Assembly: GCA_963721435.1 (NCBI GenBank)
Contig: CAVRJC010000007.1
Coordinates: forward strand, 11,843 to 75,842
From: an uncultured Actinomycetes bacterium
GTDB taxonomy: Bacteria; Actinomycetota; Acidimicrobiia; IMCC26256; DASPTH01
Length of the DNA stretch: 64,000 nucleotides
Direction of reading: 5' to 3'
This document shows, in pieces, positions 28,455 through 37,525 of the stretch (within the stretch, counting starts at the first letter, position 1; each line of letters begins with the position of its first letter). The notes under the pieces are model-generated. The model was given only the letters and a program-made list of their open reading frames with translations. It had not been told where the DNA came from and did not search any database. Position numbers and translations under genes: made by a program.

Positions 28455-29391
28455 GCTCAGGGAGCTCCTGGTCCTCCGCGAGGCTGCCCGAGTAGGCGTC
28501 GCCCAGGTCTTCGACGCGCGCGAGCACTGCGTCGGGCTCGAACTGCAGCGTCGTGATGTCATCGGTGTCGACGGCCGCTGCCACTTCGTCCCACGTCAGT
28601 GGCGTCGACACCTGCGGGCGCAGGGTCGCGCGCAACGAGTACGCGCACACGGTCGTCTTGTGGCGGTCGTTCTGGCTCCAGTCGACGAACACGCGCCCGG
28701 CGCGCTGGTCGCGCGCCATGTTGACGGTGACCCGCTTCGGGTCGCGCGACTCGAGAATGCGACCGAGTGCGAGCGCGAAGGCCTTGGTCTGGTCGGCATC
28801 GACCGACGGGCGCAGCCCCACCGACACGTGCAGTCCCTTCGAGCCCGACGTCTTCACGACTGCGTGCAGCCCGAGCTGCCCGAGCACCTCGCGGAGGTCG
28901 AGGGCGACGCGCGCGCAATCACGCACGTCGGCGGGCGCGCCGGGGTCGAGGTCGAACACCATCGCGGTCGGCCGGAGCGGGTCGTCGGCCCGCGCTTGCG
29001 GCGTGTGCAGCTCGAGCGCGGCCAGGTTGGCGACCCAGACCAGCCCGGGCAGGTCGTCGACCGCGCACGACGCGATGTCGGAACCGGCGTCGAGCGGCAC
29101 GGTGTGCAGCCAGTCGGGCCGATGGCCCGGGCAGCGCTTCTCGAAGAACCGCTCACCCTCGACGCCGTCGGGCAGGCGCACCATCGTGAGCGGGCGGCCG
29201 TGCAGGTGGGGGAGCAGCACGGGCGCGATCCGGGCGTAGTAGTCGACGACCTGGCCTTTGGTGAAGCCCACGGCCGGGTACAACACCTTCTCCAGGTTCG
29301 AGAGTCGGAGCCGGCGGCCGCCGACCTCTACCCTCGTGGCCGTGTTGCGGCCCGCGGGCTCGGGATCTGGGATCTTGGACCCGGCTGCCAC
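28447..29391 (-). CDS. NHEJ polymerase/primase domain protein (LigD-type polymerase domain, standalone)
   Basis: AEP primase-polymerase motifs LSNLEKVLYPAVGFTKGQVVDYY, DLDPGAPADVRDCARV, VKTSGSKGLHVSVGL and FVDWSQNDRHKTTVCAYSLRA. The proposed GTG start at 29391 avoids overlap with the divergent ku gene. The ORF-track start at 29481 is a TTG. Confidence 0.8.
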   Translation of the reverse strand: MAAGSKIPDPEPAGRNTATRVEVGGRRLRLSNLEKVLYPAVGFTKGQVVDYYARIAPVLLPHLHGRPLTMVRLPDGVEGERFFEKRCPGHRPDWLHTVPLDAGSDIASCAVDDLPGLVWVANLAALELHTPQARADDPLRPTAMVFDLDPGAPADVRDCARVALDLREVLGQLGLHAVVKTSGSKGLHVSVGLRPSVDADQTKAFALALGRILESRDPKRVTVNMARDQRAGRVFVDWSQNDRHKTTVCAYSLRATLRPQVSTPLTWDEVAAAVDTDDITTLQFEPDAVLARVEDLGDAYSGSLAEDQELPELS

Positions 29392-29468
29392 GACCTGCGA
29401 AGGTAGTAGGGCACAGGGCCGGGAGAACCAGAAGAAGCAAGAGCCGAAGCAGGAGAGGAGGCTCGGGC

Positions 29469-30395
29469 GTGCCGAGCGCAATCTGGACGGGTTCGATCAG
29501 CTTCGGCCTCGTGACGGTACCGGTACGCCTGGTGTCGGCCACGAAGTCGCTCGACGTGCGCTTCAACCAGCTCGACGCCGACACCGGAGCCCGGATCCGC
29601 TACCGACGGGTCTCCGACGCCACGGGCGAGGAGGTGCCGAGCGAGAAGATCGTCAAGGGCTACGAGATCGAGCCCGGCCAGTACGTGATCGTCGAGCCCG
29701 ACGAGCTCGCCGCGCTGCAGCCCAAGAAGAGCCGTGCGATCGACATCGAGGACTTCGTCGACCTCTCCGACATCGACCCCGTCTACTTCGAGCAGCCCTA
29801 CTACCTGATCCCCGACAAGGACGCCGCGAAGCCTTACCGGTTGCTCGTCGACGTGATGTCCGAGCTCGGCAAGGTCGCGGTCGGGCGCTTCGTGCTCCGG
29901 TCGAAGGAGGCGCTGGTCGCCATCCGCCCGGTCGACGGCGTCCTGCTGCTCGAGACCATGCGTTACGCCGACGAAGTGCTCGCGGCCGATCGGGATGCGC
30001 CGATCACGGAGCTCGAGACCGAGCCCAGCGAGCGCGAGCTGGCGATGGCGCGTCAGCTCGTGCAGGCGCTCGCGGGGACGTTCGATCCCGACAAGTACCA
30101 CGACGAGTACCGCGAAGAGCTGATGGCGCTCATCGAGCGCAAGGCGGCCGGCGAGGAGATCGTCGCGTCGGCCGCGCCCGAGGAGCCCGCCAAGGTGCTC
30201 GACCTCATGGCCGCCCTCGAAGCCAGCCTTGCCCGCACGGGTTCGAAGAGCAGCGCGAGCGGCGACGGGGCCGCCGCGAAGCCGGCCCCGGCACGCAAGG
30301 CCGCGAAGCGCGCGCCGGCCAAGAAGGCCGCGGCGCCGCGCAAGGCCGCAAGCGAGAAGAAGGCGCCCGCGAAGCGCACCCGGAAGTCCGCCTGA
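29469..30395 (+). CDS. ku: Ku protein (non-homologous end joining)
   Basis: IWTGSISFGLVTVPVRLVSAT Ku core plus a Lys/Ala-rich C-terminal tail. GTG start at 29469. Confidence 0.95.
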   Translation: MPSAIWTGSISFGLVTVPVRLVSATKSLDVRFNQLDADTGARIRYRRVSDATGEEVPSEKIVKGYEIEPGQYVIVEPDELAALQPKKSRAIDIEDFVDLSDIDPVYFEQPYYLIPDKDAAKPYRLLVDVMSELGKVAVGRFVLRSKEALVAIRPVDGVLLLETMRYADEVLAADRDAPITELETEPSERELAMARQLVQALAGTFDPDKYHDEYREELMALIERKAAGEEIVASAAPEEPAKVLDLMAALEASLARTGSKSSASGDGAAAKPAPARKAAKRAPAKKAAAPRKAASEKKAPAKRTRKSA

Positions 30396-30598
30396 CCGGA
30401 GCCCGCGTGAACCGCGTCGCGGTGTCAGGGAGCCATGCGGGCGAAGGCATACTCGGTGTCGAGGTACTCTCACACCTCGGCGATGCGCTGGCCAACCAGG
30501 CGGTCGAGCACGAGGTACTGGTTCAGGTAGACGACGACTCGGCGTTGTGGACGCCCTCACGTCCGCGGACGCTGACGCGCGCCGGCGTACACGTGGGG

Positions 30599-30793
30599 TC
30601 AGGAGGCGCGGCGCTCGGGCAGCGTGATCTGCGGCGGGCGCCGGCGCACCGGCGTGACGACCGCGAGCGCTTCGATCACGTGGTCGTCCTCGAGCCATCC
30701 GCACGAGCACACGAGGAGATCCTCGTGGCCGGGCCGGAACGCCGGGCACGCCTCGAAGTTGACCGTCATGTTCGTGCTCTGGGACTCGCCCAT
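30599..30793 (-). CDS. small hypothetical protein (64 aa) with Cys/His cluster
   Basis: The C-terminal part of the 30599..31129 ORF (MGESQSTNMTVNFEACPAFRPGHEDLLVCSCGWLEDDH...) has normal codon bias. The upstream part of that ORF is Pro/Arg-rich and unlikely to be coding. Alternative start at the ATG at 30769. Confidence 0.35.
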   Translation of the reverse strand: MGESQSTNMTVNFEACPAFRPGHEDLLVCSCGWLEDDHVIEALAVVTPVRRRPPQITLPERRAS

Positions 30794-30920
30794 GATCGCC
30801 TCCCGGGGGTGAATCACACCCGTGTGATTCAGGATAACTCCTGGGGCCCGAGTGGCCTCGGACCTGACAGGACCACCTTCACACAGGGGTGTGACAGTCA
30901 TCCCCGGGGCGACCGCGGAG

Positions 30921-33080
30921 CTAACGGGCGGGCGGGTCGCCGGGCATGTCCTCGCGCAGGTCGTCGTCGATGTCCGCGTCGGTGTCGGTGACCCGGATCT
31001 CCTCGGGCTGGTCGGCCTGGAGGGCGTCGAGGGCTTCGGCGGCCGGTGACGTGCGGGCGTCGATCGCCGGGCCCGTGGGTTCCTTCGGGGTGCCGGCGCC
31101 GTTCCCCGAGCCGTTGCCGCCGGCGCCACCGCTGGTGAGGTATCGCATCAGCGTCGCGGCCAGGCCGTCGATCGGGCCGCCGCCTCCGCCTCCGGTCACG
31201 AGCACCTCGGGCACGACGGTGATGTGGCCCTCGGCGACCGCGTTGGCCACGGCGACCATCGCGGTGGCCGCGCCGCCCAGCGCCTCCTTCTGGGCCTCGA
31301 ACCCGACCGCACGCGCGAGCCCGAGGGCTTCGGCGGCCTTGGCCTCCGCGAGCCCGATCGCCTGGCGCTTGGCGGCCTCCGCTTCGCCGGTGAGCTGCAC
31401 GTATGCGGCCTCGCCTCGGGCTTCCGCCTGACGGGCTTCGGCCTCGTTGGTCTTGATCTGCACCCCCACCTGCGCGCTCGCGAGCTGCGACTGCATGTTG
31501 GCGGTGCCCTTCGCCTTCTCCATCTCGATGCGCGACGTCTCGGCGCGTTGCTGCTCCTCGAACGTCGCCTTCTCCTGGTTGGCGATCTCGCGTTGCGTGA
31601 GCACCTTCACCAGCTCGGTCGGGAACACGACGTCCTGGATGTAGACGCCCTTCGTCTCGACCTCGTACTGGCTCAGGTAGCGCGTGATCGCGTCGAACGC
31701 CGCTGCCTGCACCTCCTGGCGGGTCTCGATGAACTTCACCGCCTCGAGTGCCTGCAGCGTGTTGCGGAAGTGGTTGCCGACCGCGGACTGCAGCACCTCG
31801 CTCACGAGGTTGCGCATCGTGCCGACCATCGAGATGACCTTCGGGGCCTTCGTGTCGGGCACGTGGATCTGCACCTGGAGGTCGATCTGGAACACGAAGC
31901 CCTCGCGGCTCTTCCCGACGATGGACGACAGCTGCGCGTCGAGGTCGTGCGCCTCCGACGTCGCGTCGGCCCAGTTGAGCGTGAGGATGAACGTCGGCAC
32001 GATCTCTGCCGCGTACACGCGTGGGTTGATCGCGTACTTCCCGGTGCGCAGCGGCTCCTGCCAGATCCCGCGGTGGCCGGGGCGCACGATCGAGCCGAAC
32101 TTGAACTCGGCTCCCGACGTGTCGTCGGTGGGGAGCCCCACGAACCCCTTCATCACCGCGACCTCGCCCTGGTTGACGACGAGCATGGGCACGAGGTCGA
32201 CGCGGATGAGGAACGGGTTCAGCAGGTACGCGCCGTAGAGCAGCGGGTCGTGCTGGAGCCCGATCTTGCCGCCGGCGTCCAGGAACGCCTGGAAGTCCTG
32301 GTAGTTGTTGTGCAGCGTGTTCTTGCTGCCGAGCAGCAGATCGATGAGCTCGGCGTCGGTCGTGGCGGTGCTGCCGCCGGCGTTGGTCGCCTCGATCGCG
32401 GCGACGTCCTCGAAGCCCCCGAGGCGGCTGGCGATGTCGCCCGACGGGAGCGGCTCGCCCTCGAGCGCGGTGACGACACCCACGAGGTCGACGTTGCCGT
32501 CCGGCGCGATCACCACCACGCGGAGCTGATCGGGCGAGAGGCCGAACGACTCGGGCGTGAGCATGCCGTTGTCGGACTGGCTCACGAGCTCGGGCGAGAC
32601 GGGCATCCCGTAGACGGTCTGCGTCGTGATGACCAGGAACGCGACCGGGTGCATCGGCACCAGAGTGCCCGGGGGCAGCACCGGCCGCTGCACGCCCTTC
32701 TGGCCGCCCTGCTCGATGAAGTTGGCGAGATGGGAGAAGTTGGCGAACTCGGGCTTGTACACCGCGCTCTTGGCGCCGATCGGGAGAGGCGCGCCGACCT
32801 GCGCGATGACGACGCCGATCTCACCGGCGGGCACCTGCACCCACGGGAACTTCCTGACCGAGAACATCGGCCAGAACTTGAAGCGCAAGCCCGGCATCAG
32901 CATCGTCGCCTGATACCCGGCCTCGCCGCGGAAGGCGATCGGGTTGTCCTCGGTCAGCTTGCGGAAGGCGAACGCCTTCGAGACGAGGCCGACCTCCGCC
33001 GCGCCGATCGAGTGGAACGACTTCAAGATCACGAACAGCACGATCACTGCGATCGCGACACCGACGATGAGACCCACCAT
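30921..33080 (-). CDS. flotillin-like SPFH/Band-7 domain protein
   Basis: N-terminal TM anchor, SPFH domain, and a long Ala/Glu/Gln-rich flotillin coiled-coil region (EAEARQAEARGEAAYVQLTGEAEAAKRQAIGLAEAKAAEALGLARAVGFEAQKEALGG) with a Gly-rich tail. Confidence 0.9.
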   Translation of the reverse strand: MVGLIVGVAIAVIVLFVILKSFHSIGAAEVGLVSKAFAFRKLTEDNPIAFRGEAGYQATMLMPGLRFKFWPMFSVRKFPWVQVPAGEIGVVIAQVGAPLPIGAKSAVYKPEFANFSHLANFIEQGGQKGVQRPVLPPGTLVPMHPVAFLVITTQTVYGMPVSPELVSQSDNGMLTPESFGLSPDQLRVVVIAPDGNVDLVGVVTALEGEPLPSGDIASRLGGFEDVAAIEATNAGGSTATTDAELIDLLLGSKNTLHNNYQDFQAFLDAGGKIGLQHDPLLYGAYLLNPFLIRVDLVPMLVVNQGEVAVMKGFVGLPTDDTSGAEFKFGSIVRPGHRGIWQEPLRTGKYAINPRVYAAEIVPTFILTLNWADATSEAHDLDAQLSSIVGKSREGFVFQIDLQVQIHVPDTKAPKVISMVGTMRNLVSEVLQSAVGNHFRNTLQALEAVKFIETRQEVQAAAFDAITRYLSQYEVETKGVYIQDVVFPTELVKVLTQREIANQEKATFEEQQRAETSRIEMEKAKGTANMQSQLASAQVGVQIKTNEAEARQAEARGEAAYVQLTGEAEAAKRQAIGLAEAKAAEALGLARAVGFEAQKEALGGAATAMVAVANAVAEGHITVVPEVLVTGGGGGGPIDGLAATLMRYLTSGGAGGNGSGNGAGTPKEPTGPAIDARTSPAAEALDALQADQPEEIRVTDTDADIDDDLREDMPGDPPAR

Positions 33081-33095
33081 GGGAACGGTTCCTTC

Positions 33096-33434
33096 CTACA
33101 ACGTGCGTGTGTACTCGACGACGAGACTGATCTCGTTCGCCGACAGGCTCTTGCCGAACGCGGGCATCCCGCCGCGTCCGTTGGTGACGACGCTGATCTC
33201 GCCGGCCGCGTCGGGGAACGAGGTCGCGACCTTGCCGTCGGAGAGTTGCGGCCCGATGCCACCACCGCCGTCGCTCCCGTGGCACGACGCGCAGCTCGCG
33301 GCGAACAGCGACGCGCCGGGCGCGGCGGGCGCGCTGCTTCCGGAACCGGGCTCGTTGGCGAAGAGCAGCACGAAGAACACCGCCGCGCCCGCGAGCACGA
33401 CGATCTCGATCGCAGTGACGATGCGCTTGAACAT
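33096..33434 (-). CDS. membrane-anchored monoheme cytochrome c (class I)
   Basis: N-terminal TM helix, CASCHG heme-binding CxxCH, and GGMPAF providing the distal Met ligand context. Confidence 0.8.
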   Translation of the reverse strand: MFKRIVTAIEIVVLAGAAVFFVLLFANEPGSGSSAPAAPGASLFAASCASCHGSDGGGGIGPQLSDGKVATSFPDAAGEISVVTNGRGGMPAFGKSLSANEISLVVEYTRTL

Positions 33435-33450
33435 CAGAAGAAAGAGGTCA

Positions 33451-34032
33451 TCAGAAGAGCGGAAGGCCCGCAGGACGCGACGTGAAATACCACACGCTGC
33501 TCGTGAGCCAGATCCCGACGAGCACTGCGAACACGAGGCCGCCGATCACCGGAAGGGTCCAGCCGGGAAGCCCGTGGACGCGGACCGCGAGCACCTTGAC
33601 CGTGAACGCGCCGTAGAACACGCAGCCGAGCAACGAGTGCAGGAGCACCCGCGTGTCGGTGGACTGGAAGCCGAGTGCCCACAGGCACTGGTAGGCGACC
33701 GGCAGCGTGAGCGCGAACGCGACCGTCCCGACGAGGCGGTGGGCATCACCGAGCCACGAGGGTGCGGCGCGCGGCACGAGCAGCTTCCCGTACATGCGGA
33801 GCGCGAGGAGGATCTGCACGACCGCGAGCGTCATGGCCGCGGTCGCGAACCACACCTTGAGCTGCAGGGTGGTGGTGAAGACGAGGGAGTAGGGAGCTTC
33901 GTGCGTCGGGTCGTGCACGTTGGCGTACACGCCGAGCGCGACCGACACCGCCGCGCCCGCGAGCACGATCCACGCCAGACGGGTGGAACCGCGCGTCCGC
34001 GGAATCACGGCCGCACTCGTGGCTTCGGTCAT
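33451..34032 (-). CDS. small integral membrane protein (4-5 TM), hypothetical; co-operonic with the cytochrome c and flotillin genes
   Basis: 193 aa, hydrophobic with periodic TM segments and conserved His/Cys residues. The three genes have 16-nt and 15-nt gaps. Confidence 0.55.
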   Translation of the reverse strand: MTEATSAAVIPRTRGSTRLAWIVLAGAAVSVALGVYANVHDPTHEAPYSLVFTTTLQLKVWFATAAMTLAVVQILLALRMYGKLLVPRAAPSWLGDAHRLVGTVAFALTLPVAYQCLWALGFQSTDTRVLLHSLLGCVFYGAFTVKVLAVRVHGLPGWTLPVIGGLVFAVLVGIWLTSSVWYFTSRPAGLPLF

Positions 34033-34117
34033 GTCAGCCCCTTCCGGCGCGCATCGTAGGGCGTGCGGATCGGAACGCGCTCGGGCCGATCGCTCACTCG
34101 ATGGTTACGCTCCGAAC

Positions 34118-34768
34118 GTGCCCGCGTTCCTCGACCCTGCGCGTCTCGCCGCCAACGACGCCCTGCTCGCGGGATGGGAGCGCTTCGTCCGGCGCGCGAC
34201 GATCGGCCCACGCAGCGCGCGGGCCCGACGGTTCCGCGCGTTCGGCGAGGGCTCTGCGGTCTGCGTGCCGATCGCCACGCTGTACGGGGAGGAGTACATC
34301 GAGCTCGGGGCCGATTGCATCGTCGGTCCGTACTCGACCCTCTCCGCGGGCGTCATGCCCGGGCACGTCCCCGATCACATTCCGGTCGTGACCATCGGCG
34401 ACCGGTGCCTCATCGGGAAGGGGAGCGGCATCGTCGGGCACTTCTCGATCGAGATCGGCGACGACGTGTTCACGGGCCATCACGTCTACGTCACCGACGC
34501 CAACCACGGCTACGAAGACGTCACGCTCCCGATCGGCAAGCAGTTCGCAGCACCTCGCCCCGTGAGCATCGGCGCGGGCTCGTGGCTCGGGCACGGCACG
34601 GTGGTGCTCCCGGGCTCGATGATCGGCGAGCACGTGGTCGTGGGGGCCGGCTCCGTGGTCACGGGCAAGCTGCCGTCGTTCAGCGTCGCCGTCGGCAACC
34701 CCGCTCGGGTCATCCGCCAGTACGAGGATGGCGCCTGGGCACGGGCTCAGCGCGCCGGCGAGGGATAG
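34118..34768 (+). CDS. hexapeptide-repeat acyltransferase (left-handed beta-helix, sugar/maltose O-acetyltransferase-like)
   Basis: Hexapeptide repeats IGDRCLIGKGSGIVGH, IGAGSWLGHGTVVLPGSMIGEHVVVGAGSVV and VGNPARVIRQY. I propose the GTG start at 34118. The upstream part of the ORF overlaps the divergent membrane gene. Confidence 0.65.
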   Translation: MPAFLDPARLAANDALLAGWERFVRRATIGPRSARARRFRAFGEGSAVCVPIATLYGEEYIELGADCIVGPYSTLSAGVMPGHVPDHIPVVTIGDRCLIGKGSGIVGHFSIEIGDDVFTGHHVYVTDANHGYEDVTLPIGKQFAAPRPVSIGAGSWLGHGTVVLPGSMIGEHVVVGAGSVVTGKLPSFSVAVGNPARVIRQYEDGAWARAQRAGEG

Positions 34769-36398
34769 CTCGGGGCGCGGCCGTCGACGGGATGGTCGTG
34801 AGCACCGTCGTCGAGGTGGCGTCGTCGTAGAGGCCCACCTTGGTCGACGGCCATCCTTTCGGGAGGTAGCGGGCACCGCCGTCCGCGTAGCGGTAGAGGC
34901 CGGTGCCGACGTTGCCGACCTCGTCGGGGCCGGTCGCGTTCGCGTCCCACCAGATCACGGTGGCGTCGTCGCCCGCGGTGAGGTCGACGCCCTTCCACAC
35001 CTTGTGGCGTCCCCACGAGAAGTGCATCCGGGTGGGCACGGTCCCGGGTGGCGATGGGTATCGGAAGAGCCCGGCCTGGAAGGTCTTGGGGGTGAGGTCG
35101 GGCCCCGCGAGGTGCACGCCGGTGAAGAAGAGGAGCGGTGCCTGCGCGAGCTCACGGTACGTCGACGCGATCGGGGGACGGCCGGTCTGCCACGTGATGA
35201 CGTTCGCGAGCTCGTCCGCGCTCTCCGAGGTGCGCGCCGGGAGCAACGAGACGCCGAAGGCGTGAGACCATTGCTTCTGGTCGTACTGCCTCCCGAAGAC
35301 CGCCGTGTCGGTGAAGGCAAATCCGAGCACGACCCATTCAGGGAAATACCCCTGCACCGTTGCCTCCCGGGTCAGGAATGTCGGGAACACCGGGTCGCCG
35401 GCGAGGATCACACTCGTGACGCCGGAGCTCTTCAACTTCGCGATGACATTGCGGGCGTTCTGCTGCGCGGTCGTGAGGTCGAGCGCGTAGGGCACGGTGA
35501 CCGCGGGCTTGACGTGGTAGTGGGCCAGGCGCTGCTTGAAGTGCGCGACGCTCTCGGCGAACGTCCCCGCGTCGTCGTCGTAGTGGACGATGCCGAACAC
35601 GCGCGTCTTCGACGCAAGCGCCGGATCACCGGCGTGCTCTGCGGCACCACCTGCGAGCTGGGTACCGACGAATGCCGCCCAGTGCTCGCTCGCCTGTTCC
35701 GGTGACGCGATCGTCGGCCATACGAACGGCGCGTGCTGCTCGAGGAAGGACTGCGGCTCGGCGATGACGCAATCGCCGACGCAGAGCACGCCGCGCGCCG
35801 CGAGCTCCTCGGCGTACGCCGTGGTCTGGCCGGGACCACCGAACGAGGCGAACGCGTGCAACTCCGTCGCCGCCTTGATCGCGTCGGCCTTCGCGGCGAT
35901 GTCGTCGTCCGGCGCCCCACTCGCCTTCAGCGTGACCATCTTGACCTTGCGGCCGTAGAGCTCGTAGTGCGCGGAGAAGTAGTCGATGTACTGCTGCGTG
36001 GTGTCGCGCTCCTTCGCGAGGCTCTCGTCGCTCCCGCTGTTCTCGAAGAACGCCTGTTGCAGCAGATCCGGCTGCGCCTGGTACAGCACCACCGTGATGG
36101 TGTCCTTCGTGACGCCCGGGGAGGTCGCACCGCCGTTGCTCCCGCCGGTCCACGGCTCGACGCACGGGGGCGCGTACCCGCTCGGCACGGCGAGCTTGCC
36201 GGTGGAAGTGTCACAACTCGGCCCCCAGTCGACCTGCTTTCCCTGCGCCCGAGCCTCGTCGAACGTGAGCGGCAGCGCAGTGGCCGGTCGCGTCACCGCT
36301 CGGGCGGAGATCGGGGCGACGGCGAGCACCGAGGTCGTCACGGCGATCGCGGTCAGCAGGAAGAGCAGTCGACTGCCGCGGTGGTGGGTCACAGGCAC
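34710..36398 (-). CDS. ABC transporter substrate-binding protein (periplasmic binding protein type I, branched-chain amino acid/amide type)
   Basis: Signal peptide (LLFLLTAIAVTTSVLAVAPISARA), 562 aa. It is the last gene of the Liv-type operon. Confidence 0.7.
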   Translation of the reverse strand: MPVTHHRGSRLLFLLTAIAVTTSVLAVAPISARAVTRPATALPLTFDEARAQGKQVDWGPSCDTSTGKLAVPSGYAPPCVEPWTGGSNGGATSPGVTKDTITVVLYQAQPDLLQQAFFENSGSDESLAKERDTTQQYIDYFSAHYELYGRKVKMVTLKASGAPDDDIAAKADAIKAATELHAFASFGGPGQTTAYAEELAARGVLCVGDCVIAEPQSFLEQHAPFVWPTIASPEQASEHWAAFVGTQLAGGAAEHAGDPALASKTRVFGIVHYDDDAGTFAESVAHFKQRLAHYHVKPAVTVPYALDLTTAQQNARNVIAKLKSSGVTSVILAGDPVFPTFLTREATVQGYFPEWVVLGFAFTDTAVFGRQYDQKQWSHAFGVSLLPARTSESADELANVITWQTGRPPIASTYRELAQAPLLFFTGVHLAGPDLTPKTFQAGLFRYPSPPGTVPTRMHFSWGRHKVWKGVDLTAGDDATVIWWDANATGPDEVGNVGTGLYRYADGGARYLPKGWPSTKVGLYDDATSTTVLTTIPSTAAPRAIPRRRAEPVPRRHPRTGG

Positions 36399-36430
36399 AG
36401 ATGGTCGCGCGTGGAATTGGCTCGGCTCGG

Positions 36431-37525
36431 TCAGTGCCCCAGGTAGGAACGCACGACGTCGGGGTGCTCGAGGACACTTGGCGGGTCCCCGATTGCAACC
36501 ACGCGTCCAAGATCGAGCGCGAGCAAGCGGTCCGAGATTGCGCGCAACAGGGTGAGGTCGTGCTCGATGACGAGCAGGCTCGCGCCGAGAGAGTCACGCA
36601 CGTTCCGGAGCATCGGCGCGAGTGCTTCGGCTTCACGTTGCGCGATCCCGCTCGACGGCTCGTCGAGGAGCAGCATGGTTGGTTCGTGCGCGAGGACGCA
36701 GGCGAGGTCCACGATCCGGCGGGTTCCGGTCGACAGCTCGTGCACGAACTTGTCGGCGAAGGCGCCCAGCCCGAGCATTTCGATCAACTCGTCGACTCGC
36801 CTGAGCACCGCTGCTTCGGAGCGTCGGACGGCCGGTACGTGGAGCGCGGCGAGGATGGGATCACGCACGGCGACGGCGTGCTCCCTTGCGACTGCGATCG
36901 CCTCGGTCACGGTGAGTGCGGGGAACAGACGACCGTCCTGGAACGATCGGCCAAGACCCAACCGCGCCCGTGCGGGCGCCGAGAGCGCGGTGAGCTCGCG
37001 AGCCCCAGACGTTCCGAGAAGCGCCACCCTTCCGCCGTCCGGGGTCAGGAAGCCGGAGATCACGTCGAACAGGGTCGTCTTGCCCGCCCCGTTGGGCCCG
37101 AGCACGCCGAGGATCTCACCGGCCTCCACCGCGAACGACACTTCGTCGAGCGCGACGACACCTCCGAAGTGCTTGGAGACCGTGTCCACCCTGAGGCGGG
37201 TGCCGGTCGTGATGCCGGGCGCGACCGCGGTGCCCGCCGAGGCGGGGCCGAGGAACACGGCGCGCACGAGCTCGGGATGGTCGAGGAGCTCCTGTGCCGG
37301 GCCGGCGAATCGAACCTCGCCCTTCTCGAGGAAGTACGCACGGTCGGCGACGCCGAGCGCGAGGTCGACCGACTGTTCGACCACGACGATGGTCGTGCCG
37401 GCGTCGCGGAGCTCGGCGAGCAGCTCGCGGAGCCGCGTGACGAGAGCCGGCGAGAGCCCGAGCGACATCTCGTCGACGAGCAGGAGGCGAGGGCGTGTGA
37501 TCAGCGCCATCGCGAGCGTGAGCAT
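36431..37525 (-). CDS. ABC ATPase segment: C-terminal half of a LivF-like ATPase fused in frame to a complete LivG-like ATPase
   Basis: Begins inside the ABC signature (LSGGEQQ)MLTLAMALITRPRLLLVDEMSLGLSP (Walker B), then continues without a stop into a second full ABC domain (GPNGAGKTTLF, RSFQDGRLFPALTV, LSTGTRRIVDLACVLAHEPTMLLLDEPSSG). Confidence 0.7.
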   Translation of the reverse strand: MLTLAMALITRPRLLLVDEMSLGLSPALVTRLRELLAELRDAGTTIVVVEQSVDLALGVADRAYFLEKGEVRFAGPAQELLDHPELVRAVFLGPASAGTAVAPGITTGTRLRVDTVSKHFGGVVALDEVSFAVEAGEILGVLGPNGAGKTTLFDVISGFLTPDGGRVALLGTSGARELTALSAPARARLGLGRSFQDGRLFPALTVTEAIAVAREHAVAVRDPILAALHVPAVRRSEAAVLRRVDELIEMLGLGAFADKFVHELSTGTRRIVDLACVLAHEPTMLLLDEPSSGIAQREAEALAPMLRNVRDSLGASLLVIEHDLTLLRAISDRLLALDLGRVVAIGDPPSVLEHPDVVRSYLGH

